64,000 bases of DNA from Macrostomum lignano (taxonomy: Eukaryota): contig NIVC01000995.1 of assembly GCA_002269645.1 (NCBI GenBank), forward strand, positions 124,001 through 188,000, given 5' to 3'. Position numbers and translations under genes: made by a program. Below are positions 39,317-51,300 of the stretch, one piece after another; the first letter of the stretch is position 1, and every line of letters begins with the position of its first letter. Under the pieces are notes generated by a model. The model saw only the letters and a program-made list of their open reading frames with translations. It searched no databases and was not told the DNA's origin.

Positions 39317-42300
39317 ATGCTGCATCCGGGACACGGCAAAATTGCTCCATCTGTTCGATCAGAGGCTGGCCAGCAGCTCGGTCGGGTGCCCAGTCTGCAG
39401 AAGAGGCACGCCTACGCCAACAAGCCCTGCCGGTCATCGGATGACGCATGCTTTGCCGAGGACATCGGGTGAGAGTGAGGCTGTGTGATAAGACTAGGAA
39501 CTGGCTGTATGATCAGACTGGAAACTGGCTATATGATCAGACTGGGAACTGGGTGTATGATCAGACTGGAAGATGGCTGTATGATCAGACTGGGAACTGG
39601 CTATATGATCAGACTGGGAACTGGGTGTGTGATCAGACTGGGAACTGGCTGTATGATCAGACTGGAAACTGGCTGTGTGATCAGACTGGGAACTGGGTGT
39701 ATGATCAGACTGAGAACTGGCTGTATGATCAGACTGGAAACTGGCTGTATGATCAGACTGAGAACTGGCTGTATGATCAGACTGGGAATTGGTAGTAGAA
39801 TCAGACTCAGAGCTTTGTAATCAGCTTGAAAGCTTTATGACCAGACTCAGAGCTTTATGACCAGACTCAGAGCTTTATGACTAGACTCAGAGCTTTAAGA
39901 CCAGACTCAGAGCTTTATGACCAGACTCAGAGCTTTATGACCAGACTCAGAGCTTTATGACCAAACTCTACAACAAGAATAAACGTGTAAAATTATTAAA
40001 AGATTACAGAAGATCCACTGGCAGTGGCTTCTGCTGTTTAAAAGCCATTTTAGACTTTAGGACTGAAGCCACCGCGGATTAAAAATAGCAAATTCTAGGA
40101 AAATATTTGCTTGCTACTAAATGTATCGAATTAAACTCGAACGCAGATGTCCAGAAATTGATTCTAATTGTGGATCATCTGTCAGTGAATTTTTGTTTAT
40201 TTTTAGTCAAGAACAGTCTTGACTTTGCTACATTAAGTAGCTGATCTGATAAAAATAGATTAATGGGTTTATTGCTGCCTTATCAGAATGGCAATATACA
40301 GGCACATGCTCCCCTGTCCACCTGTCAAATATCTACTTCTTCCAGTCACACCTCCATTTTCCCCAGTCACGCATCTACTCGTCCAGCCCTTCCTCCTAGC
40401 AGTGAAGTATTAATGAATCAGTGATCTTGTGCTCTCACTCAAAATACAACTCTGTCACTCAGAATGCCACTCTGTCACTCAGAATGTCACTCTGTCACTC
40501 AGATAGTTACTCTGTCACTCAGAATGCCTCTCTGTCACTCAGAATGTCACTCTGCCACTCAGAATGCCACTCTGTCACTCAGAATGTCACTCTGTCACTC
40601 AGAATGTCACTCTGTCACTCAGAATGTCACTCTGTCACTCAGAATGCCACTCTGTCACTCAGACAGTTACTCTGTCACTCAGAATGCCACTCTGTCACTC
40701 AGACAGTTACTCTGTCACTCAGACAGTTACTCTGTCACTCAGACAGTTACTCTGTCACTCAGAATGCTGCTCTGTCACTCAGAATGTCACTCTGCCACTC
40801 AGAATGCCACTCTGTCAGCCTAAATGCAACTATCACTCTGAATATCCCGCTGTCCCTATAATTGTAACCATCACTCTGTCACGGCCCTTACTCCAAATCC
40901 CTCATTAATCACTCAATCTCTGTCCCTCAATTGATTTGAGTTCAGTTTTTCGACAACAAAAACACAAACAGGTTTTTTTCTGGCGCATTGCTGACGAGCT
41001 GCAGAAATTAATCATTCTGCGGCTTGCACAAAAAGCAATTAGCTCCATCGAAATAAAATATGCATGCAATTTCAGAGGCAGAACTAAATTGCACTGACGA
41101 CTTTCGAGTTAATAGTGTGAAAGCAAAGGATTAGTGAGAGATGAGGGAATGGGGGGAAGCGGATTACGAACTCTTTTGTCGCGAGAATTTTCCTCAGTTC
41201 GACCAGGAAAGAATTCACTCCCTCTTCCGTTTGAGGAGGGTTTCGCCTTCCACCAGCCTACCTAGACTCCTGTGAGAGCAATTATAATATGGAACTCACC
41301 AGTTCGAGTGCTTTTTAACAAATTAGGCAAAAACTTCAACTTGAATATTGCGAATTTTGAGTTAAAGTGCAGCGCTGTCGGAGAGCTGAGTGAGATCTGC
41401 TCAATGAGATCTGAGTGAGATCTGCTCAATGAGATCTGAGTGAGATCTGCTCAATGAGATCTGAGTGAGATCTGCTCAATGAGAGCTGAGTGAGATCTGC
41501 TCAATGAGATCTGAGTGAGATCTGCTCAATGAGAGCTGAGTGAGATCTGCTCAATGAGAGCTGAGTGAGATCTGCTCAATGAGATCTGAGTGAGATCTGC
41601 TCAATGAGATCTGAGTGAGATCTGCTCAATGAGAGCTGAGTGAGATCTGCTCAATGAGATCTGAGTGAGATCTGCTCAATGAGATCTGAGTGAGATCTGC
41701 TCAATGAGAGCTGAGTGAGATCTGCTCAATGAGATCTGAGTGAGATCTGCTCAATGACCTTCACTGCAACCCAACCGCAGCGGTGAGTCTGAACTTCTGC
41801 TGAGCGACCACCCAAACGACGACCTGAAAGTTCGCGGCGGCACCCTTCGCGGCCTCGTGGAATTCGGAATGAGCTGCTTCGGTGAGGCCAGATTCAAAAT
41901 TCTTGGCAAATCGAGTCAAACGCAATTCTTAGTATCAAAATCTTTCCAAAATTCCAATCTGCAACCTGCAGAGGTGTGCAACAAAGAGCTGCAGGTGCGA
42001 AATCAGCAATATCTTCGGGTGCTGTTCCTGATGCACGAGTGGATCACCGACTCTGTAGCCATGGCGTCCACCATTATTGAGATTTGCGAACAGAACAGCC
42101 AGATGACCAGGCGCGGACTTTTTATGATCAGGCGAGTCCTGGACTGTTTCGGCTTGCCCTTGGGACTTTTGGGACTATGGGACTATTAGGACTTTCGGGA
42201 CTATTGGGATCTTCGGGACCTTCGGGACCTTCGGGACCTTCGGGACCTTCGGGACCTTCGGGACCTTCGGGACCTTCGGGACCTTCGGGACCTTCGGGAC

Positions 42301-45300
42301 CTTCGGGACCTTCGGGACCTTCGGGACTTCAAGTGAAAGATTGTGCAATAGCATCACCCGTTCCTCATCAACTTTGCCCGATCGTGCAGATTCTGGATTC
42401 AAAAATATCCCAACGCATTCGAAGGCAACCGAGCCCTGGCCAGGCTTGTCGAAGCCTTCTTCGAGCGAGTCAACGCTCGCGACATCGACAACATCGTGTC
42501 CTCGGCTGACCTGCGGGCCACGTGAGTCCGTGGGCTGAAGTGACACGATGAGAAAGAACGCTGTCAATAAGTGCAAGGACCACTAAATTCGCAAATCTTG
42601 TGCAAGACGCCGGCGAAACGCATTGGCGAGATAGCAGGCTTTTTCAGCAAACTTTTTTTGCTCTAAAAGAAGATCCCTACCGACAAACCATTTTTAGTAT
42701 ATAGGACTAGCAATCTGCGCCCCCCCCTTTGGGGAGGCCATAAAAAGTGAAAAAAAAATTTATTTAGCTACACGTAGCTTTTGACCTTGTAAAGTCACCA
42801 TGCTAGTGAGGGAAAAAGATGTTTAAAGCAGAAAAAGCATCGGTCCTGAAAGCCAGATATCAGCATTCCCTTTTAGCTTTGGCATCAAAGCATCTCTTAA
42901 GCCATAACTTAACTCTAGCAATCTCTTTGATGCTTGGCCTACTAACAACTCACAATTGACCCTTGGCATCTCAGCGATTCCCTACATGACCCTTGAGATC
43001 TCAGCAATACCCCCTGAGTCTTGACATCTCAGCCTAATGCATTTTGCTGCAAGGACAGGGCAGGGCGTACAGTAAAATTCGCACACAGGTTGCAAGCACA
43101 GTGTCTTTCCACTCCAATCTCACCCGCAGTGTCAAGCACGAATGGCTGCGGCTGGACTCGCTGAAGAAGGGCCGCGTGAATCACGAGAGCGTGAACTCGC
43201 TGGTGTTCAACCAGCTGGAGCCGGAGCAGCTGGCCGCCCAGCTCACCGTGCTGGAGTTCAAGGTGTTCCGCCGTATTCAGGTCTGATTGGTTGGCGGAGT
43301 TTTTAGCTGGGGTTGGGGTTAGCTCTGATTGGCTGGGGAGTTTTTAGCTGGGTTGGGGTTAGCTCTGATTGGCTGGGGAGTTTTTAGCTGGGTTGGGGTT
43401 AGCTCTGATTGGCTGGGGAGTTTTTAGCTGGGTTGGGATTAGCTCTGATTGGCTGGGGAGTTTTTAGCTGGGTTGGGGTTAGCTCTGATTGGCTGGGGAG
43501 TTTTTAGCTGGGTTGGGGTTAGCTCTGATTGGCTGGGGAGTTTTTAGCTGGGTTGGGGTTAGCTCTGATTGGCTGGGGAGTTTTTAGCTGGGTTGGGGTT
43601 AGCTCTGATTGGCTGGGGAGTTTTTAGCTGGGTTGGGGTTAGCTCTGATTGGCTGGGGAGTTTTTAGCTGGAGTTGGGGTTAGCTCTGATTGGCTGGGGA
43701 GTTTTTAGCTGGGGTTGGGGTTAGCTCTGATTGGCTGGGGAGTTTTTAGCTGGGGTTGGGGTTAGCTCTGATTGGCTGGGGAGTATTTAGCTGGGGTTGG
43801 GGTTAGCTCGATTGTCTGCAGTTTGGGACAACCTCAGCTCAAACTATGACAATGTCATAAAGTTAGCCTACAAACTGGTCGAAAGGATTCTGATTGGCTA
43901 CGCTGTTTTATGATTCAGTGATCAACACCAGTTTAGAGTGTTCAACTTAGAAGTTTAAACTTTGACAACTGATCATACACACAGTCATTTCGTATCTCTC
44001 AATCTCTCACAGGTCTCCGACTTGCGGAACTATGCTCAAGGCGAGAATTTAAGAGGCAGCCCATTCCTAGAGAAGTCGGTGACACTTTTCAATGGTCTGT
44101 CGCAGTGGGTGCAGTGTATGATTCTCAGCAAGACAACACCAGCTGAGAGGGCCACGGTTTTGGCCAAGTTTCTCGAAGTTGCGGAGGTGAGTGAGACTGA
44201 AATTTTGGGAGCTTACAATGAGGGATTAATAAGATTATCGAGTGAGTAGATACGGTGATTAGGCACATGATTATCCAGCAGGGCGGCACGGTGATTAGAC
44301 ACGAGCAAAGTGATTAAATACATGATTATCTAACAGGGTGATTAGATACATGATTATCGAGAAGACTGATTAGATACATGATTATCTAACAGGGTGATTA
44401 GATACATGATTATCGAGAAGACTGATTAGATACATGATAATCGAGAAGAGTGATTCAATACATGATTATCGAACAGGGTGATTAGACACATAATTATCGA
44501 AAAGAGTGATTAGATACATGACTATATAATAGGGGGATTAGATACATTATTATCGAACAGGATGATTAGACACGTGATTATCGAACAGGATGATTAGACA
44601 CGTGATTATCGAACAGGGTGATTAGACACGTGATTATCTAACAGGGTGATTAGACACGTGATTATCTTAACAGGGTGATTAGACACGTGATTACCTAACA
44701 GGGTGATTAGACACGTGATTATCGAACAGGATGATTAGACACGTGATTATCGAACAGGATGATTAGACACGTGATTATCGAACAGGGTGATTAGACACGT
44801 GATTATCTAACAGGGTGATTAGACACGTGATTATCTTAACAGGGTGATTAGACACGTGATTATCGAACAGGGTGATTAGACACGTGATTATCTAACAGGG
44901 TGATTAGACACATGATTATCGAGCAGAGTGATTAAATGCAATGATTATCCAGCAGCAGCAATCCACATTCCGCAGGAGCTGAGGAAGGTGCGCAACTACA
45001 ACTCGCTGATGTCGGTGATTGGCGGTCTGAACCACAGCGCCATAGCCAGGCTGAGCAAGACTCACGCCTGCTTGTCGCAGAAGTCGCAGAAGGTGAGCGA
45101 GTAACTTTTGAGGCTGAGAAGTCTCTGAGAGTAAAAAAAAATATTAAACAAGTTGTACAGGAATAGACGCATATAAAGACGTGTTGATTAGAGCAGGAGT
45201 AGACGTCTGAATAGAGTGTGACTAGATATCTGAGTACATTATGACTAGATTTCTGAAAAGATCATGATTAGACATTTGAATAGATTACTATTAGACATCC

Positions 45301-48300
45301 GAAAAAAATTTGATTAGACATTTGAATAGATCATAAATAGACGTCTGAATAGATAAATAGACATCGGAATAGCTTGTGATTACACATCGGAATAGATTAT
45401 GATTAGACATCGGAATAGATTATGATTAGACATCGGAATAGATTATGATTAGACATCGGAATAGATTATGATTAGACATCGGAATAGATTATGATTAGAC
45501 ATCGGAATAGATTATGATTAGACATCGGAATAGATTATGATTAGACATCGGAATAGATTATGATTAGACATCGGAATAGATTATGATTAGACATCGGAAT
45601 AAATCATGATTAGATATCTGAATAGATTATGATTAGACATCGGAATAAATCATGATTAGATATCTGAATAAATCATGATTAGACGTATAAATAAATCATG
45701 ATTAGACGTCTGAATAAATCATGATTTAGACATCTAAATAGATTGTGATTAGACATCTAAATAGATTGTGATCAGACATCTGAATAGATTGTGATTAGAC
45801 AGCTAAATATACTATCATTAAACACCTCGATGGAATACAATTAATAAACTTCGCAGATGCTGCTAGACCTGGTGGAGCTTCTGTCTTCCTCGAACAACTT
45901 CACCAACTATCGCAAGGAGTACGCGGATGTACAAGAGTCCAAGATACCAATTCTGTGAGGAGGGCACTGAATACAAAGTGATTCGGCAATGCTTTTATCA
46001 TCACAAATGAATGAAAATAATTCTAATAATTTTCCTAAATCGTTCCTGAAAATAACATATAGCAGGAGTGACTATAGGTGCATGAGTAATATTAGATTCT
46101 CAGATTTTTAGCTCTAAAATTTTTAGTATAGCGGACTAGCAATCAGCGCCCCCCCCCCCTGTTGGGGAGGCAACAAGGAAATGAATAAAAAATTGGCTGT
46201 TCAGTCTAAGGACCGAAGGTTGCCACACACCCATTTTACAGCTGGGTGAACTGAAGTAATATAGAGTAAAGTGTCTTACACACAAATTGTTCCATTGGGA
46301 TCGGGAATCGAACCCCCGATCTCCAATTCGACCACTAGGCTACAACCTCTCTTGAAGATTACTTCAGACTACTCCAAACCCATTGCAGAGCAGTCCACCT
46401 GAAAGATCTGATGCAGCTGAACTCGGCCCTGCCGGACAGACTCTCTGGCCCGGCCAGCAGGTTCATCAACTTTCGCAAGCTCGCCCAGCTGGCGCAGACA
46501 GTCGGCCTGCTGACGGCCGCTCAGGGCACACCGATGAGCATCGAGGAGAACCCGAACCTCTGCAACACGCTCAGGGTGCGATTCCTGTCTGCATTCCAAT
46601 GTCTATAAGATATAAATGCTGCTCATCGCTGATTGGCTGCGTGGTTCGCAGTCTATACCAATTTTTATTCTTGATGTACAAATGTACAGTCTCTTCGGAG
46701 GGGGTGAAAATTGGCGGCAAAGCGCTCTGCTCTGATTGGCTATGAGAATTTTTACAGTGTGAGGCTACAATTTCTCGGCGAGGACCTCATAAAGACTTGG
46801 GCCGTCAACGCAGCCAGACCGGGGGTAATTAATAATGATAATTGCAGGTGGGTTGTGGGCACCCACGGCGAAATTGTGCCACAACCAGCGCTGAGGCAGT
46901 TCCGCTCACACAGGGTGTACAGCGGCCCTGACTTTCTTATCGTCAGGCATGTACACTCTGTGCCTTGTTGGTTGACCCTCACGAAGGTGTAAATCGCTAA
47001 GCGCAAAAGTGCATGTAGACTAGGTATCACTGAGTACTTTCTTACCGGTACAGGCAAGTCGCAGAGAATCTGCAACTGAACTCTGCACACCTGCACAAAC
47101 CCGCAGCTGTCGCTGGACTGCCACTACACTGAGGACGACATTTACGAGGTCTCTCTGCTGAGAGAGCCGCGCTGCCTGGCTTCGGTGAGTCTGCAGGCCA
47201 GCTTGAGCAGGCCAGCTTGAGCAGGGCTGCGGCTTCATTATCGATGACAGATTAGCGAGGTAAACCTAGCTTATTTCAGACAGTAAGCAGGAGGTCTTTT
47301 ACTCGATCCTAATTTAATTTGAGATCCCCCAGGGACTGATTTGATGGAGCTGAAATTTTACTTTTACTACCTTGGATTTTCTCTCCGTCAGTCCCTTGCC
47401 CTCCTTCATGGGTGATTAAAGCCAGTTTGTTCAGTGCCTTCAGCTCAGATTTTGTGCTAGGCAGACAGACTTAAGTAAGATGGAGAATCCTGCGTGGCTT
47501 ATCTCCTGCGCCCTATTCGTTAATTCTCTAGGAGCAGCGAGCAGGAGTTAAACACAAAGAGTTGCGCACAAAGTGGCACACATCAAAAAGAATAATAGCT
47601 GTAGCCTCTGGCGCGTGCAAAATCTCGGTGCAGAACATTTTTTGGGAAGTTAGCAACAGTCAGATCAAACTACTCCTGGAGACACCTAGAAAGGGACTAA
47701 AGAACTTTGACTGCTCATCGTTCCCACGATTTCCCTGTCCAATTATCCTGACCCTCCCCCGAAATTGTGTTCATCTCTTATCAAATGATAATTAGGAGAG
47801 AAATGTGACAGACAGACATGAAACTATCCTGGAGAGAGGCCCCTGGTTCGAAGTGAAGTCCTGAGCTTTAATAACGGGCGCAAAGACATGCCAGGGATCT
47901 TAATTAGCTCCTATGGAGCACACTCACCCTTCCGACCCCAGCACCTGCATCCCACAGCACCCTCCCCGATCTTCACCCCTACTCCACATGGCTGACCCAA
48001 GCACCTGCACCCCACAGCACCCTCCCCGATCTTCACCCCTACTCCACATGGCTGACCCAAGCACCTGCACCCCACAGCATCCTCCCCGCGCCTCACCCCT
48101 ACTCCACATGGCTGACCCAAGCACCTGCACCCCACAGCATCCTCCCCGCGCCTCACCCCTACTCCACATGGCTGACCCAAGCAGCTGCACCCCACAGCAT
48201 CCTCCCCGATCTTCACCCCTACCCCACATGGCTGACCCAAGCACCTGCACCCCACAGCACCCTCCGCGCGCCTCACCCCTACTCCACATGGCTGACCCAA

Positions 48301-51300
48301 GCAGCTGCACCCCACAGCACCCTCCCCGATCTTCACCCCTACTCCACATGGCTGACCCAAGCACCTGCACCCCACAGCACCCTCCCCGCGCCTCACCCCT
48401 ACTCCACATGGCTGACCCAAGCACCTGCACCCCACAGCATCCTCCCCACTCTTCACCCCTACTCCACATGGCTGACCCAAGCAGCTGCACCCCACAGCAT
48501 CCTCCCCGCGCCTCACCCCTACTCCACATGGCTGACCCAAGCACCTGCACCCCACAGCACCCTCCCCACTCTTCACCCCTACTCCACATGGCTGACCCAA
48601 GCAGCTGCACCCCACAGCACCCTCCCCGCGCCTCACCCCTACTCCACATGGCTGACCCAAGCACCTGCACCCCACAGCACCCTCCCCGCGCCTCACCCCT
48701 ACTCCACATGGCTGACCCAAGCACCTGCACCCCACAGCACCCTCCCCACTCTTCACCCCTACTCCACATGGCTGACCCAAGCAGCTGCACCCCACAGCAT
48801 CCTCCCCGATCTTCACCCCTACTCCACATGGCTGACCCAAGCACCTGCACCCCACAGCATCCTCCCCGCGCCTCACCCCTACTCCACATGGCTGACCCAA
48901 GCACCTGCACCCCACAGCACCCTCCCCACTCTTCACCCCTACCCCACATGGCTGACCCAAGCACCTGCACCCCACAGCACCCTCTTTGCGCCTCACCCCT
49001 ACTCCACATGGCTGACCCAAGCAGCTGCACCCCACAGCACCCTCCGCGCGCCTCACCCCTACTCCACATGGCTGACCCAAGCAGCTGCACCTCACAGCAC
49101 CCTCCGCGCGCCTCACCCCTACCTCAGAAGCAATCTTCATGCCTCCTATTGACTCAACAAGCCACTCACTCTGCACTGACCGACGCAATGCTTTGCAGCC
49201 CTCAACGCCGACCAAGCCAGTCGTATTCGCTCAGTGGGTCTCGGGTTCGAAGCCTCCAAATCCGGAAACGCTAAAGAGGCACATATTCGACATGGTTGAG
49301 GTGAGCTGTGTGCCTACACTTCTCAGATTCCGAGTGGACCAAGCCAGTGTCCTGCTAACATACAAGTTATTAACTCCTTCCAGGCGGTTTTCAAGGTTTA
49401 CGATCACGACAAAGATGACATGATCTCTGAGAGCGAGTTCGAGCAGATTGCCGAAAATTTCCCTTTCATCGACTCGTTTGCTGTGCTGGACACTGACAAG
49501 TGAGTCTGCCTGCTGCCTTGGCTTGAATTTTACCTGCAGCTGGGGCTTTTGAGTGACTCAATGTAAGCGGACAGGTGCTCTGACTGGTACTGAGGAGTGA
49601 CTCAATGTGAGCAGACAGGTGCTCTGACTGATACTGAGGAGTGACTCAATGTGAGCAGACAGGTGCTCTGACTGATACTGAGGAGTGACTCAATGTGAGC
49701 GGACAGGTGCTCTGACTGGTACTGAGGAGTGACTCAATGTGAGCAGACAGGTGCTCTGACTGATACTGAGGAGTGACTCAATGTGAGCAGACAGGTGCTC
49801 TGACTGATACTGAGGAGTGACTCAATGTGAGCGGACAGGTGCTCTGACTGGTACTGAGGAGTGACTCAATGTGAACGAACAGGTTCTCGCAATCTAACAG
49901 CTACCCTACAAATTCAGCTTTCGCTCTCACGCATCGAGTTTAAAAGTGCTTCGTTGCGTCTCTCGCAGCAACCACCCCCCCCCTGGTCCATATTAGGAAT
50001 TTGATGGAAATCATCCCCCGCACACAAGAGTGCTCTAGATACAGGTGTGGCTTGCAAACCCAAGCATATATTGACAGACCTGGTCCTTGAGTAGCATGAT
50101 ACGCCGGCTCAATGCAGCAGGATCAACAGCAGCTGGGTTGACACTATCAGACTCCTCAAATATCTCTCATTCTATCTAGTTGCTAGGGTCAGCCAGTCCG
50201 ACTAAGGGGGGGGGGGGTTGCGGAGGCTGTGCCAGCCGAAATGAGAATCAATTTTGTCTCGATCTTCCGCCCCTAATATTCTTTGTCATGCGCCGTGAAA
50301 GCACCTGCCTTATTCTCAGTTCCGATCTCCCTTCCTCCCGACTGCCAGGAAAGGCGGGAGAGGGAGGTCAGTCAATAAAACCATGGCAGTCGCGGGTCAC
50401 AATGGAGACAGGCTAAAAATGAATTGGAGGCAGCGGGGCCGAATGGGGATGGGGGGCTTTGCGGTTCGTGCCAATGACTCCGGTTCATTTCTGCGATTTA
50501 TATTGCGATGGAAGAATAGGGTGTGGGCCTCAATCCATCATCACTGATACGGAGTATGCAGCTTAGTGATGGCTATTTAAGTACTGTTGTGATAATCTAT
50601 TGCTTTATTGCAATTGTACTTGAGAAAAGACTTGGGGACTTAAAATGGGTACGTTAGAGGCTATTGTTTAGAGATACTCATTAGAGAGACTCATTAGAGA
50701 GACTAATTAGAGAGACTCATTAGAGAGACTAATTAGAGAGACTCATTAGAGAGACTCATTAGAGAGACTCGTTAGAGAGATTCATTAGAGAGACTCGTTA
50801 GAGAGACTCATTAGACAGATTCGTTAGAGAGACTCATTAGAGAGAATCATTAGAGACTCATTAGAGAGACTTATTAGAGAGAATCATTAGAGAGACTCAT
50901 TAGAGAGACTCATTAGAGAGACTCATTAGAGAGACTCATTAGACAGATTCGTTAGAGAGACTCATTAAAGAGAATCATTAGAGAGACTCATTAGAGAGAC
51001 TCATTAGACAGATTCGTTAGAGAGACTCATTAGAGAGAATCATTAGAGAGACTCATTAGAGAGACTCATTAGACAGATTCGTTAGAGAGACTCATTAGAG
51101 AAACTCATTAGAGAGAGACCCATTAGAGAGACTCATTAGAGAGACTCATTAGAGAGACCCATTAGAGAGACTCATTAGAGAGACTCATTAGAGAGACTCA
51201 TTAGAGAGACCCATTAGGGAGACTCATTAGAGAGACTCATGAGAGAGACTCATTAGAGAGACTCGTTAGAGAGATTCATTAGAGAGACTCGTTAGAGAGA

